Below, piece after piece: positions 20,839-30,912 of a DNA stretch of 64,000 bases; position 1 is the first letter of the stretch; every line of letters starts with the position of its first letter. Source of the DNA: a virus; the IMG/VR virus record IMGVR_UViG_3300005805_000046, positions 64,001-128,000 of that record. The stretch is one strand, 5' to 3'. The notes beneath the pieces were generated by a model. That model was not told the origin of the DNA. It saw only the letters and a list, made by a program, of their open reading frames with translations, and did not search any database. A program made the position numbers and the translations under genes.

Positions 20839-22582
20839 TTAAATAATATCCGCTTCCATAAAGTCCATATCCAGATTTAGTTCATCCCAATCTTCCTTCG
20901 TAACATTACCAATCACCAAATAATTATCATCCTTAGAATAATCTTGATCTTTATCATATTTGATATAAAAGTCCTCAGACAAACTTGATTTCATCTGGTT
21001 AAGATCAGTAACAATCTCTTGAGCCTCTTTATGCCCAATAACATTACTAAAACACTGAATAAGACTCATTAGTTGTTCTCCAAAGTGTTATTTAATTGTT
21101 CAATAAGATTTTGTACTTCGTTTTCAGTCCAAACATACTCATAGCCATTCTCTTTGCCGTGTTCGATATCTAGTCGATAACTTTCAAGAGCATCAAGAAT
21201 TAGGCCAATTTCATGCTTATCAAGATTAATATTCATTTCTTTTCTCCAATACTCTCATAGATAAAATCGGCCAAGCCTTTTAGTTCTTCTCTGCTACAAG
21301 TATATCCCACACAAGTATCATTTCGATCATTATAAATACTAACGTGCATCCTGTTATGACTCCAATGATCCACCCTAATATCAATCAGTTTATCTTTATC
21401 AAGATAATATTGTACTGGTTTTGAATCCATAGTTATTCTACTTCCCAACTTTCAACTTCAAGATCATAATATCCATTACGATAATAGACAGTATCGCCAT
21501 AAGGTTTTCTTTGGCCTTTAGCCAGTTTATTATCGGCCACAAACTTTGTTGCATCACCAAAGTCTGAGAATACTTGTACAATTTCCTTGTCTGGATGGGG
21601 CAAAAATTCCCCACCAATAACATCTTGAAAAACATTCTCTTTTGTACCAATAACAATATAAACTGTCATCGTTCCATCCTTGAGAGGATCGTCGCAAAAA
21701 CAATAGACATAATTAGTCCCACAAGACTACCACCGAACCATGCTCCTAAAGTCCAGATAATTGCCTCTCTACTAATCATTGTTATTCTTCAAAACATCGT
21801 TAATAAAATCGGCCAACTCCTTTAGTTCATCCCTAGTCATAGGAGGATTAACAACATTCTTTGTTGGGCCAAATATAAGCCCAAACTCATAACTGGTTAA
21901 ATTATCAGTAAATCCCCCAAACATATCTTGAATGATATGAAAGTTTAGATAGTCGCTAGAGTAGGTAAATTTTTTCATCACTTTGATTTGGTCAAATTTT
22001 TCAAAATACCCAAATACCTCTCAGCATCACTCTTAGTATCAAAGACCGTAACAATAGACGATCCACCACTACTAGGCAGATTGATAGGTTGACCATTTTT
22101 AGTCACCACAAACTTACCATTCTGCTCAATCACGCCATAACTAGTCATTAACATTCTCCCTAATCTCTTTAGTATAAGCCCTACTAATTCTAAGATAACT
22201 AACAATCTCATTAGCCACATTACTCACACAACGATCATAATGATAATGGGTCACCATCATATTATAAATGGTTTGTTTTTCATCTTCGTTCAACCCATCA
22301 AACTCTGAGCCACCATATTCAGCATCAATATAGTCCGCAACACTAAGAGCATATTTGTGGAAACTGTCGGAATTTGATTCTTTGTTCATTTGTGGGTCAT
22401 TTGCCATAAAAGGTTATTTGATTTAGGTTTTCTGTGGGTTTCTTACCAATTATATGACGTAATAGAATGTGGGCATTATGATATTCAAAGCCGGGATTGT
22501 CCAGTTTTTCACCAATATAATATCGAATTATAGAGGCTAACAGGTCTAGTTCCTTATCGGTCAATAGAATCTGTTTATACAT
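20839..22582 (-). other. cluster of small hypothetical CDS (e.g. 20839..21069, 21433..21669, 21772..21981, 22141..22407, 22397..22582)
   Basis: Packed small ORFs. Confidence 0.55.
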
Positions 22583-22663
22583 ATTTTCCCGATCAAAACT
22601 AACATTTACTCACATACCACATACTACCAGTATAAGAGACAATAGCGCTGTTGTCAATAGTGG

Positions 22664-22692
22664 TTATCGGCCAATTACCACCAGATACTTTA
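22664..22692 (-). promoter_or_regulatory. sigma28-like promoter without internal TTGACA
   Basis: TAAAG...(17)...GCCGATAA; separate TTGACA-17-TATACT just downstream. Confidence 0.65.
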
Positions 22693-23763
22693 GCCCATTC
22701 TCACTACGGGCATATACAATAAGTAAAAATATGGCGATATTATGCAGAGATAGGTGTTGAAACCCATAATATGCTGTTATTTTCCCGAAAAGTCCGATGA
22801 TGTGAATACTGATCTATGGGGGAATAATAGTCTTAAAACTTGTGGTTGTGAATAAAATCGTACCAGAACCATGCAACTAATGGTCGCTACTGCTACAAAT
22901 ATTAAAGAACCGAGAAAAGGTTGATGATTTTTAGCCATTTTAGTCTAACTCGTCATATTCGTTAAAAAGTACCAAATAGACACAGTACCAAAAAATTAAG
23001 CAGAGGATAATGGGCATTGTGAAAAGTTCCCTATAATTATCCATTGAAGTATCTAAATGTCCTTATCAGAATTGCTACGCACGATAGTATTAGTATTGGT
23101 ATTATTGCTAGTCTTGCTTCATCTGTATGTATGAAAGTTGGACACAGAGGTTTTTTCACCACAGTTAGTTGGGCCATTAGATTTGGTAACATAATAAATC
23201 CATGCTATATAGGCTGGCCAAAATAATGACACGGCCAATATTAGTACTAATGTGAAAATAGAAATGATTTTACCCTATCCAAAAAAGATAACTTAACAAT
23301 AACCTGTGGAACATCTTGTTCCTTCTTTTTCCTGATCCTTGGCTTCTTTGCTACTGGTGATTTCTTAACAGACTTTTTCTTTGCCATAATAATGTTTCCA
23401 TATTCTCGCTGACTACAACCACAAAAACCAAACCCTGTACATTTGGTAGTACAAAACCACAACACACAACCTATACTACCCTATTGTTCGTTCCCGTGCA
23501 AGTGCGTTTTGTATTATTAAAAAATTTCTTTAAGCCACATTTGATGCTTGACGACAACCCTGAATTTATTTAAGTATTATGCAGCGGGTGGGATATTATA
23601 TTCTTCTTGTATCTAGTAATACTTGATACTAATAACACCTTACAACCATTCTCCCGCATCACTCATTCTTTATGAATTCGCCCCCTTGACCACAAAAGAA
23701 AATCTGGTAGTATAGTCTACACACACAAAGGGCCAACAACCCTGCCTGACTATAAAAAGTTTG

Positions 23764-23809
23764 GCTGACTGTCTCTATAGTTTCGGATCTTATTGGTTTA
23801 GGAAAAACA
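23764..23809. repeat. 46-bp GCTGACT motif, degenerate copy
   Basis: GCTGACT at +0, GTTTAG at +32, AAC at +42. Confidence 0.45.
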
Positions 23810-23857
23810 AAAACAAAAAAAAGAAAATCCCCAACTACCATTACTGATAGTGGGGAA
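23803..23857 (-). terminator. intrinsic terminator
   Basis: TCCCCACTA...TAGTTGGGGA hairpin followed by a long T tract. Confidence 0.75.
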
Positions 23858-23873
23858 ATTCTCTGCGAGTATT

Positions 23874-24988
23874 TTAAACTAGGAAAAATTCAGTGTCTGG
23901 TTTCTTGTAAAGATGAATCTTTGGTAATTTAGTTACCTTTGTTATTCTTCCTCTAGAATCCTTATGTTCTGATTCAATATAGAACCGATCTTTACCATCA
24001 CCATAATCCCTAAAATTCCAGGTATAATTTTTGATAATATCTTCTGGTCGTGCTTCACGATCATAGATTTCTCCTTCCACATGAAAAGTAATTATCCTAT
24101 TAAATAGCCTAGGCATTGTAATCCTCCTTTTCTTGTGTTAAGGTAGCGGGTTCATGAAAATCTTCCCAATTTTCTACCAAAATTTCAGGAGCCTCATGTC
24201 TAATTTCCGCTTCTAACGAACGATTAGATTCTCTATCTTTTTCTAGATCAAGATAGTCTCTCAACTTATCTTTGATCTGCATAAAGTCTAGTGACCCTAA
24301 GATATGGTCAATATACTTTCTTTGAATCTCGATACGATTCATTTCTGAGATATAACGGGCCTTCATAAATCACCTCATGGTAAAAAGTTAATAAAACAAT
24401 TTGCCCATGACTCCAAATAGTCTCCAGATATCTCTGACTACCTTTTGGCTCCGTTGACAATAGTATTTTACCACCGGTCAATAAGATGTCCAACAGAATT
24501 TTTAACTGACCCCATAATCTCGCTGACTATCGCCAAGACTGCCAATCGGATCAGATTAGGTAAGACAATCTATTGTTTATTTTTCAGCAGAGAGTCTGCT
24601 ATTTCGTTAATCTTATCAACACTAAAATAATCTTCATTAGTAATAAGACTATTCACAGTAGTAGAGCAAGAGATACTGTGAGAATGGTGAGGGGCAACAT
24701 TAACAGAATTTATGTTGTATGAAACCCACACACAAAAATATGCCAACGCATTCATAGGGGCCAACATAATTAATCCTCCAAGATTTCAGGATAGTATTCT
24801 ATAATTTCATTTTCCAAAGGCTCATTATCCATAAGACTCTTACTCTCCACCAACTGTTCATAAGCAAAACTATAAAGAGTATCAAAGTCCATATGATCCA
24901 AGATGGTAGAAGCATAGACCCTGATAATATCTTCTCTATTTTTATCTGTCACCACAACTCTATTCTGCATCATTACAAAGACCCCCAA
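23874..24988 (-). other. small hypothetical CDS (23874..24116, 24109..24366, 24570..24767, 24770..24988)
   Basis: 24109..24366 and 24770..24988 look paralogous (Y..HIL..LDF...L..EI....PEIL). Confidence 0.55.
24522..24567. repeat. 46-bp GCTGACTA...GATTAG...GAC motif
   Basis: Fixed offsets shared with 24994, 32646, 35661. Confidence 0.7.
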
Positions 24989-24993
24989 TTTTG

Positions 24994-25039
24994 GCTGACT
25001 ATCAGCAACGTCAGCAAATCCGTAGGATTAGATAGGACA
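24994..25039. repeat. 46-bp GCTGACTA...GATTAG...GAC motif
   Basis: Fixed offsets. Confidence 0.7.
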
Positions 25040-25103
25040 ATAGGTTAGAACTTAAAACAGACTTAGGATTAGTAGACTAGACATAACTGTAAATCTTTCT
25101 TAT

Positions 25104-25132
25104 CCCAAACCCTTACTACTACTAGCCTTACG
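25104..25132. repeat. solo degenerate 29-bp palindromic site
   Basis: CCCAAACCCTT-ACTACTA-CTAGCCTTACG. Confidence 0.45.
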
Positions 25133-25198
25133 TTCCATTGTATCGTCACTTAGGGCAGTTGTCCATGACGTAAGTTGAGATTCTTTGAAGAAATTTGC

Positions 25199-25280
25199 CG
25201 TAACCCCTTGTGAATACTAAACTTAGGACTAATTTCCGGGGCCCCGCTCGCCCTAAACCCTCTTGGGCAAAGGACTTAGA
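25199..25280. repeat. 82-bp paired-palindrome element, copy 1
   Basis: 29+24+29; spacers GTGAATA / TTGGGCA. Confidence 0.9.
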
Positions 25281-25309
25281 GCGAGTCGGGGTTTCACCGA
25301 ACGAAAGGA

Positions 25310-26257
25310 TTAGATGGCGTTCGCAAACTCAAGAGCGGTCTTTAACGCCTTGCCGTTCTCGTTAGCGTTCTGGCCGAACCAGAGCGAATCGAGTCGGTTG
25401 TCGGTCGTGCGACCCTTGTTATAGTTAAGGTATTCGTTGTAGCCGTTATAAGCGGCCCACCAAGTACCCCTCACGCCCGTTGCTGATTGCTTCGGCCCTT
25501 CGACCAGAGCAAGAATCTCGTCCATGATATTGCGGGTACGAGTCTTAATGTCCTCGTCCACGGTGCCTTCGATACCCAGCATTACCTTAACGTACCGACG
25601 AATATCGGCCTGATTAAAGTTCTTGCTAGCGAGGAATCGAAACTGTTCCGCAGTAGCCTCAAACTGGACATTAATGTTATCCATAATATCCCGCACTTGT
25701 TCCAGATTCTTTTGGCTGGAGCGAGTGTGTCGAATCCGAATCAATTGCGATCCGCTATTGCTATGGGCCATAGCCATCGTGTTAGCACACACAACGCGAA
25801 TCGGGGTATAGCCGACGCGAATTGCGGTTGTGCCATCATGGCTGTTAGACAGAAGGATAAACTTGGAAACCTCGTCACCCTTCACGATCTCGCTATTGTC
25901 ACGGTTGAGTTGAGCGAGAACCCATACCTTTTGACCGCTATGGAGCGATCCGGCAGTATGGAGTTGGCACTCGTTAGCATCGAGAAACGGCTGGAACCAA
26001 TCGAAAGCATCGCTGTTTTGCAGCGGGGTATATCGCGGGCCAACAACACCCAAGATAGAATTGTCCGTCTTGCGATAGGTTGCACGAGCCGGAACCGGAG
26101 TACCTTCGCTCGTAAACAAATCCTTAAGACCAACCTCCCAGTCCAGACCAGCGGAGGTAATCGCCTCGCTAATCGTGGGAGCCTCGTCCAACTGATTGCC
26201 AAGACCGTGCCACGGGGTAGCACCAACAAACATCATCTGTTCAACTGCATGAGCCAT
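25310..26257 (-). CDS. DUF932 / TIGR03299 phage-plasmid protein
   Basis: TPWHGLG, AGLDWEV, NSHDGTTA, TPIRVVCANT, RIRHT, GTWWAAYN. Confidence 0.9.
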   Translation of the reverse strand: MAHAVEQMMFVGATPWHGLGNQLDEAPTISEAITSAGLDWEVGLKDLFTSEGTPVPARATYRKTDNSILGVVGPRYTPLQNSDAFDWFQPFLDANECQLHTAGSLHSGQKVWVLAQLNRDNSEIVKGDEVSKFILLSNSHDGTTAIRVGYTPIRVVCANTMAMAHSNSGSQLIRIRHTRSSQKNLEQVRDIMDNINVQFEATAEQFRFLASKNFNQADIRRYVKVMLGIEGTVDEDIKTRTRNIMDEILALVEGPKQSATGVRGTWWAAYNGYNEYLNYNKGRTTDNRLDSLWFGQNANENGKALKTALEFANAI

Positions 26258-26357
26258 CTCATTGCCCTTTCGTGTTATCGTACTTCGTTCAACTCCACTT
26301 ATTCTACAGTATGTTATCGGCTTGTCAACAGGAAATCTTGCGAAAAAATTTTCTCGC

Positions 26358-26439
26358 CGTAAGGTGTTGATGCGTAAGGGTTTGCGTCACGCGGGGCCGC
26401 CCCGGCTCGCCCTAAGTCTTTGGCGGGCCTGGATTTAGG
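26358..26439. repeat. 82-bp element, copy 2
   Basis: Spacers GATGCGT / GGCGGGC; supplies the stop codon of the PRTase gene. Confidence 0.9.
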
Positions 26440-26918
26440 AACAGCGTGCCGAAATCACGTTCAAAAAGTTTAGCGTTATCGGTGTTGTATGCACACTCAT
26501 CCGGCATATAACAATAAACGCCAACACACTTGGATTTAGGACATTCTTCGTAGATGGTATTTTTAATAAATTTGATAGTAGAGCCAGAGCAAACCAGATC
26601 GTCAACAATAACGTATCTAAAAGGAATCACACCCTCTATAGCAAAATCACTATACGATTTTGTTTCTGGTTTTCTAATTACAACAATGTGCTTATCTAGT
26701 AATTCTGCTATTTGCGGAACAACCATCAATCCACTAGTTCCGCAGCAAACAATACTATCGAACTGATTGCTAATCTTACGCAGGTCGCAAACAGCCTTTA
26801 CAATAGCCCTATTTCTAATCTTGTGGTTCAATACCATGCAGGTGTGGCTAGCACCTTGTATAACCTTGCCATCTGCCATTACCCTGAAATCATCTATATT
26901 CTGATTCAGCGTATTCAT
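26412..26918 (-). CDS. type I phosphoribosyltransferase
   Basis: PRPP-binding loop VIVDDLVCSGST; IVVIRK. Confidence 0.8.
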   Translation of the reverse strand: MNTLNQNIDDFRVMADGKVIQGASHTCMVLNHKIRNRAIVKAVCDLRKISNQFDSIVCCGTSGLMVVPQIAELLDKHIVVIRKPETKSYSDFAIEGVIPFRYVIVDDLVCSGSTIKFIKNTIYEECPKSKCVGVYCYMPDECAYNTDNAKLFERDFGTLFLNPGPPKT

Positions 26919-26921
26919 AAG

Positions 26922-27008
26922 AGTGGATGGTGCGATTCGAACGCACTACTTTAGAAAAGAAAGAAAGAATTTATAGAAAAGAGTCTCGTCCCACCGAGAT
27001 GCATCCAC
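26922..27008 (-). ncRNA. tRNA-like RNA lacking an anticodon stem
   Basis: GTGGATG/CATCCAC acceptor, TCTCG/CGAGA D-like arm, GTGCG-TTCGAAT-CGCAC T arm, unpaired pyrimidine tract in the middle. Confidence 0.7.
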
Positions 27009-27012
27009 ATAG

Positions 27013-27201
27013 TTACTCGTCAACAATTTCATCTTCTACAGTATTGTACGAATTAACCCATTCATCAATGTCTTTATCGTCATTAACTTCGTACAGTTCG
27101 TCCTCATTATAATCTTCTTCCTCTAGAAGATCATCAAATTCACTATTCATCATAGTTTGATAGTCGAACGGATAGTCTGTTTCTTCGTCATTGTAACGCA
27201 T
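27013..27201 (-). CDS. very acidic small protein
   Basis: AAGGAG RBS; D/E-rich. Confidence 0.7.
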   Translation of the reverse strand: MRYNDEETDYPFDYQTMMNSEFDDLLEEEDYNEDELYEVNDDKDIDEWVNSYNTVEDEIVDE

Positions 27202-27253
27202 AAACTCACTCCTTTCTAATTCTAGAATACACCAAATGGGTCAACTTGTCAAG

Positions 27254-27327
27254 TGGGCCCCCTGGGACTCGAACCCAGAACCAACAGATTAAAAGTCTGT
27301 TGCACTAACCAATTGTGCTAGAGGCCC
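27254..27327 (-). tRNA. tRNA-Lys(TTT)
   Basis: ACAGA-CTTTTAA-TCTGT; canonical cloverleaf. Confidence 0.93.
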
Positions 27328-27340
27328 ATCAGTAAGTATT

Positions 27341-27583
27341 TTACTTATAGTTGCCTATATAGTCAATAGCCTTACATTTACGCCAAGATACAGGAATACC
27401 GCCTTTAGGATAGTGATTAGTATTAACGTCGCTGCCGTCGCTTTGCTCGGGGGAATGGTCAACGAAATGAACAATATACGTTTTTGTAGCGCCCTGTCCA
27501 TCAACCCCAACAACCCTAGCCCTGCTGGCAGTATACAAGCCAGTCTCATACCAGACTATATCGCCTTCCTGAAAGTTGTTCAT
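27341..27583 (-). CDS. SH3-like hypothetical protein
   Basis: FQEGDIVWY...ARVVGV. Confidence 0.55.
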   Translation of the reverse strand: MNNFQEGDIVWYETGLYTASRARVVGVDGQGATKTYIVHFVDHSPEQSDGSDVNTNHYPKGGIPVSWRKCKAIDYIGNYK

Positions 27584-27740
27584 TCTGTTAATTTTCTTCC
27601 ATATTGATTTGAGAATATCCTGTGATCATACCTAGTCCAATAATAATAATAAATAAAGTTGACAAATTCGCTATTCTCCAAGGTGCGGGTCGATCCTATA
27701 TCAGTATACAGCAGTCTCCACAGTTGTCAAACATACACAG

Positions 27741-27811
27741 CAAAGGCGGAAGGAGTCGAACCTTCATCTACGGTTTTGGAGACCGTCATTCTACCGTTGA
27801 ACTACGCCAAT
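27741..27811 (-). tRNA. tRNA-Trp(CCA), two U-U mismatches in acceptor stem
   Basis: ACGGT-CTCCAAA-ACCGT; acceptor ATTGGCG/CGCCTTT. Confidence 0.8.
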
Positions 27812-27837
27812 GTCCGCAACTCTGCGTCAGCCTCCGA

Positions 27838-27924
27838 CGGAATCTGAGGGATTCGAACCCCCGGAGGATTTTAACCCTCGGCGGTTTAGTAAACCGCTGC
27901 CTTAAACCACTCGGCCAAGATTCC
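27838..27924 (-). tRNA. tRNA-Ser(ACT)
   Basis: GGAATCT/AGATTCC-G73, GCGGT-TTACTAA-ACCGC, long variable arm. Confidence 0.88.
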
Positions 27925-27927
27925 AAA

Positions 27928-27999
27928 CTGCCCGACTAGGACTCGAACCTAGAACCTACAAATTAACAGTTTGCCGCACTACCATTGTGCTATCGGGCA
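27928..27999 (-). tRNA. tRNA-Asn(GTT)
   Basis: GCAAA-CTGTTAA-TTTGT. Confidence 0.92.
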
Positions 28000-28004
28000 A
28001 AAAA

Positions 28005-28427
28005 TTATACCGCCACTTCCCTTGGCATAATCTTATAAGTCTTACTACGAATATCAGTGCTTGTCATATTATTCTCTATCTCAAAATCCAAAATCTTTGC
28101 CATAACTATCAAGTCATCTGCTATTCTATTATAGTCTTTTTCGCAAGAACCAAATGCTACATTACTATTATAGTTCAAACAAGAAAGCAATTCGGCCGAT
28201 ATGTTCTCTATAGCAGCAAATTTCATTTTATAACCATATAGGTTAGATCTACTGTTATTAGTCATAAACTCATACATCATTATTCCCATATCGCTAATAG
28301 AATTATTAAAAGAACGAATAGTAACTTCATTCTTTTTGATAGTATCTATTCTTTGAGTCTCGTTCATCTTGGTGAGACCCCAACTGCCGATTTCTCTTGC
28401 CAAGTATATCGCATTACTTCCAAGCAT
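28005..28427 (-). CDS. hypothetical protein within tRNA cluster
   Basis: AAGGAG RBS, MLGSNAIY start. Confidence 0.6.
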   Translation of the reverse strand: MLGSNAIYLAREIGSWGLTKMNETQRIDTIKKNEVTIRSFNNSISDMGIMMYEFMTNNSRSNLYGYKMKFAAIENISAELLSCLNYNSNVAFGSCEKDYNRIADDLIVMAKILDFEIENNMTSTDIRSKTYKIMPREVAV

Positions 28428-28445
28428 AATTATCTCCTTTATTAA

Positions 28446-28516
28446 TTCCGGGGCTAGGATTCGAACCCAGACAAAGAGAACCAAAATCTCTGGTGCTACC
28501 GTTACACTACCCCGGA
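28446..28516 (-). tRNA. tRNA-Gln(TTG)
   Basis: AGAGA-TTTTGGT-TCTCT. Confidence 0.92.
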
Positions 28517-28517
28517 G

Positions 28518-28590
28518 AGCCGATGATAGGAGTCGAACCTACAACCCACGGTTTACAAAACCGTTGCTCTGCCATTGAAGCTACATCGGC
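28518..28590 (-). tRNA. tRNA-Thr(TGT)
   Basis: ACGGT-TTTGTAA-ACCGT. Confidence 0.93.
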
Positions 28591-28594
28591 AATC

Positions 28595-28789
28595 CTACAT
28601 ATCATACTCTTGCTGCCAGCCCCTGTCAATGTCTCGTCGTGTTCGCTGTCGCTTGGGCCTGCTGTCCATAGTAGTATCCCGATACTCCTTGTGTCCCGTA
28701 GGAGCCTCCCAAGGCTGCTTGACCTTGACTTTGATCTTGCCGTACTTGCGGCGTGGTCGGGTATCGTCGTTGTTGTGGAGCGTAATCAT
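28595..28789 (-). CDS. small basic protein (RPKRQRTR), overlapped by upstream ORF
   Basis: Protein-like basic sequence in an alternative frame. Confidence 0.5.
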   Translation of the reverse strand: MITLHNNDDTRPRRKYGKIKVKVKQPWEAPTGHKEYRDTTMDSRPKRQRTRRDIDRGWQQEYDM

Positions 28790-28994
28790 GCCATTGTCCA
28801 TTTTCGTGTAAGTAAAAAACCTTGTCAACATTAGGGTCGTAAGCCATTAAGCAGTATTGTACTGGATAAACTACTTTTGTCAATACTTCTTTTTTTGGTA
28901 GTTTGGGTATTTTTATATCACCCTTCTGATAGTCTTTTACACCATTATAGGCTAATCCTAATAGGGCAATAATAACCCCTATCCACTGAATCAT
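28626..28994 (-). CDS. N-terminal membrane-anchored hypothetical protein
   Basis: AGGGAG RBS, hydrophobic N-terminus. Confidence 0.55.
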   Translation of the reverse strand: MIQWIGVIIALLGLAYNGVKDYQKGDIKIPKLPKKEVLTKVVYPVQYCLMAYDPNVDKVFYLHENGQWHDYAPQQRRYPTTPQVRQDQSQGQAALGGSYGTQGVSGYYYGQQAQATANTTRH

Positions 28995-29062
28995 TCTTTC
29001 TCCCTTGCGTCTGATGAGCATACCATAGTTATCGGTAGTTGTCCACCCATTCTTTAGTTTTT

Positions 29063-29144
29063 CCTAAGTGGTTGAAATATAAGGGGTTACGATCAGCCGG
29101 GCCGGCCCCGCTCGCCCTAAGTGCTTACGCCCAAAGGGTTTGCG
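29063..29144. repeat. 82-bp element, copy 3
   Basis: Spacers GAAATAT / ACGCCCA. Confidence 0.9.
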
Positions 29145-29151
29145 GTTAGTT

Positions 29152-29394
29152 TTATTCGTCTTCTCTATTGATTTCCCAGCCGGCTAGTCTACATACTTTA
29201 TTTAGTTTGATAACCTGCGTTAACTTATCGGCTGTAGTATAGTCTCTAAAACCACGCTCATCTATATAGAAGTATTCATCTAGAACATCGAACTTATTGC
29301 TTTCGCCAAGAGTAGTTACTGCTGCCTCAAGAGGATTTTTACTTGTTGAGTAGATTAGTTCTAGCGTACCACATTTGACATAATATTTAGACAT
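29152..29394 (-). CDS. hypothetical protein
   Basis: GAGG RBS, MSKYYVKCG start. Confidence 0.65.
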   Translation of the reverse strand: MSKYYVKCGTLELIYSTSKNPLEAAVTTLGESNKFDVLDEYFYIDERGFRDYTTADKLTQVIKLNKVCRLAGWEINREDE

Positions 29395-29980
29395 AACATT
29401 CCTCGCATTTAGGGCAGTCACAATAAGCATCATCAACGCCTTGATAGCAAACTTCTGGAAACATATCGTCGTCCGTATATCCGATACTTTCTCGTCCAAA
29501 GTCAATCGGAACTAATATCCTAGATTTGCCACGCCTAACATATCCAAAATTACCCTCATGGCAATCAGAGTATTCCACCCCGTAGTCGCTGATTTCTTCC
29601 AACAAATCAGATAAAACATAATAGTTAGAGCAACATCCAGAATCTATACAAGACCCCTCACACTCACTATTTCTACACACAAAAGGCTTTGCAATTTCGG
29701 TTAAGTAACCCCAATCGCTCAATACCATTTCTGTACGATATTTTATCTTATTGTTCTTGATGCCGTCTACAAAATAATTAGGAACCCTGATCCTACACAC
29801 AGGACTATAAACCTTCGGAGCAAGATATGGGGCCAAATGACTTTGAACAGCATGAGCAAACTCGGCCAAACTCTTATTAGGAAAACTCTTGAAACCATAT
29901 GGTTTTCCAGACAGTTTATAGAAAGAGTTCCTGCTACCACTATTCTCATACTTTCCAACATAACTAAATTTAGCAGCCAT
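29387..29980 (-). CDS. minimal protein-kinase-like fold protein with Cys clusters
   Basis: SGSRNSFY, GFKSF, LAPKVYS, DCHEGNFG, IDFG. Confidence 0.65.
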   Translation of the reverse strand: MAAKFSYVGKYENSGSRNSFYKLSGKPYGFKSFPNKSLAEFAHAVQSHLAPYLAPKVYSPVCRIRVPNYFVDGIKNNKIKYRTEMVLSDWGYLTEIAKPFVCRNSECEGSCIDSGCCSNYYVLSDLLEEISDYGVEYSDCHEGNFGYVRRGKSRILVPIDFGRESIGYTDDDMFPEVCYQGVDDAYCDCPKCEECYV

Positions 29981-29988
29981 GATTATTC

Positions 29989-30696
29989 CTAGTGAGCGGG
30001 AAACAGTACGTTAGCCAAACCCTTGACGCACATATCACAACTTATACTATCTTTCGTACCGGTGCAAGTGATAACCGAACGACCGCGACGAATTTCTGGA
30101 CAAGTCACAAACTTCTCACCGTTCAGCACGACCAGTTTGGGCAACGCTTGCCGCCAAGCGTCGGCCTTAGCCTTGTTCTTTGGTCGCTTCGGGGCAATTT
30201 TCATATCGCTATCGCACCACGCAAACAACTTGAAGCCTTGATTCTTAGCCTCATTCATATCGTTATCGTCGTGAACACTAGCATAGACTGCCATATACTT
30301 TTCCAGAGCCACGAGCCGACTATCGTAGATATGAGTATAGAACCACATATCGGGCAGACTATCGCCACTAGCAAGAATACTCTCGCAAGCCCACGTTACA
30401 TTATCAACGTAGTCTGTGTCAAGTTCACCATTGAGAAACCAATCGCCACGTTCATGCCAGCGGATAGATTTCTCACGCTTTTTTGCGTCAAGAATCATAG
30501 CACGGATTTTGTTTTTCTCCGTGATTACGTTAGCAAAACCAGCGACACGGGCGTTTTTGTACTGCCGTTCAGTACCTTCGGCATAACAGCCGTTTCCGAG
30601 ATAATCGCAATCGCTTGGGCAAGTATCGCCAACCGGACGCGAAACCACAATGCAACCCTTACCCAACTTATCATTACCGTCTGCGGTTTTCATCAT
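29989..30696 (-). CDS. GP88-like Cys-rich protein
   Basis: GNDKLG, TCPSDC...GCYA, IRWHERGDW, WFYTH, C-terminal CxxC. Confidence 0.7.
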   Translation of the reverse strand: MMKTADGNDKLGKGCIVVSRPVGDTCPSDCDYLGNGCYAEGTERQYKNARVAGFANVITEKNKIRAMILDAKKREKSIRWHERGDWFLNGELDTDYVDNVTWACESILASGDSLPDMWFYTHIYDSRLVALEKYMAVYASVHDDNDMNEAKNQGFKLFAWCDSDMKIAPKRPKNKAKADAWRQALPKLVVLNGEKFVTCPEIRRGRSVITCTGTKDSISCDMCVKGLANVLFPAH

Positions 30697-30775
30697 TCTT
30701 CTCCTAGCGTGTCTGATGATTCTACACTAGGTTATCGGTACTGTCAAGGCATTTTCTTGAAGAAATTATTTTTGA

Positions 30776-30857
30776 CGCAAGGTGTTGATACTAAAGGAGT
30801 TACGTCAAGCGGGGCCGCCCCCGCTCGCCCTAAGTCTTTATCCTCAAAGAGTTTAGA
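30776..30857. repeat. 82-bp element, copy 4
   Basis: Spacers GATACTA / ATCCTCA. Confidence 0.9.
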
Positions 30858-30912
30858 AGCAGTTCACACATGCTTAAAAACTGCTCAGTAGTTTCTGCTT
30901 CGTTTTTCATAG

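Noticed and set aside
25487-26362. Long plus-strand ORFs (also 29992..30891, 33177..33866, 39377..39976)
   Set aside because: Antisense shadows of well-supported minus-strand genes.
26922-27008. Amber suppressor tRNA or recoded genome
   Set aside because: CTA triplets occur in the loop but there is no anticodon stem. TAG and TGA end many intact genes and ORFs are complete under code 11.
27622-28834. ORFs overlapping the tRNA cluster; extended starts at 2628 and 28484
   Set aside because: They overlap canonical tRNAs; better starts with an RBS exist or the ORFs are spurious.
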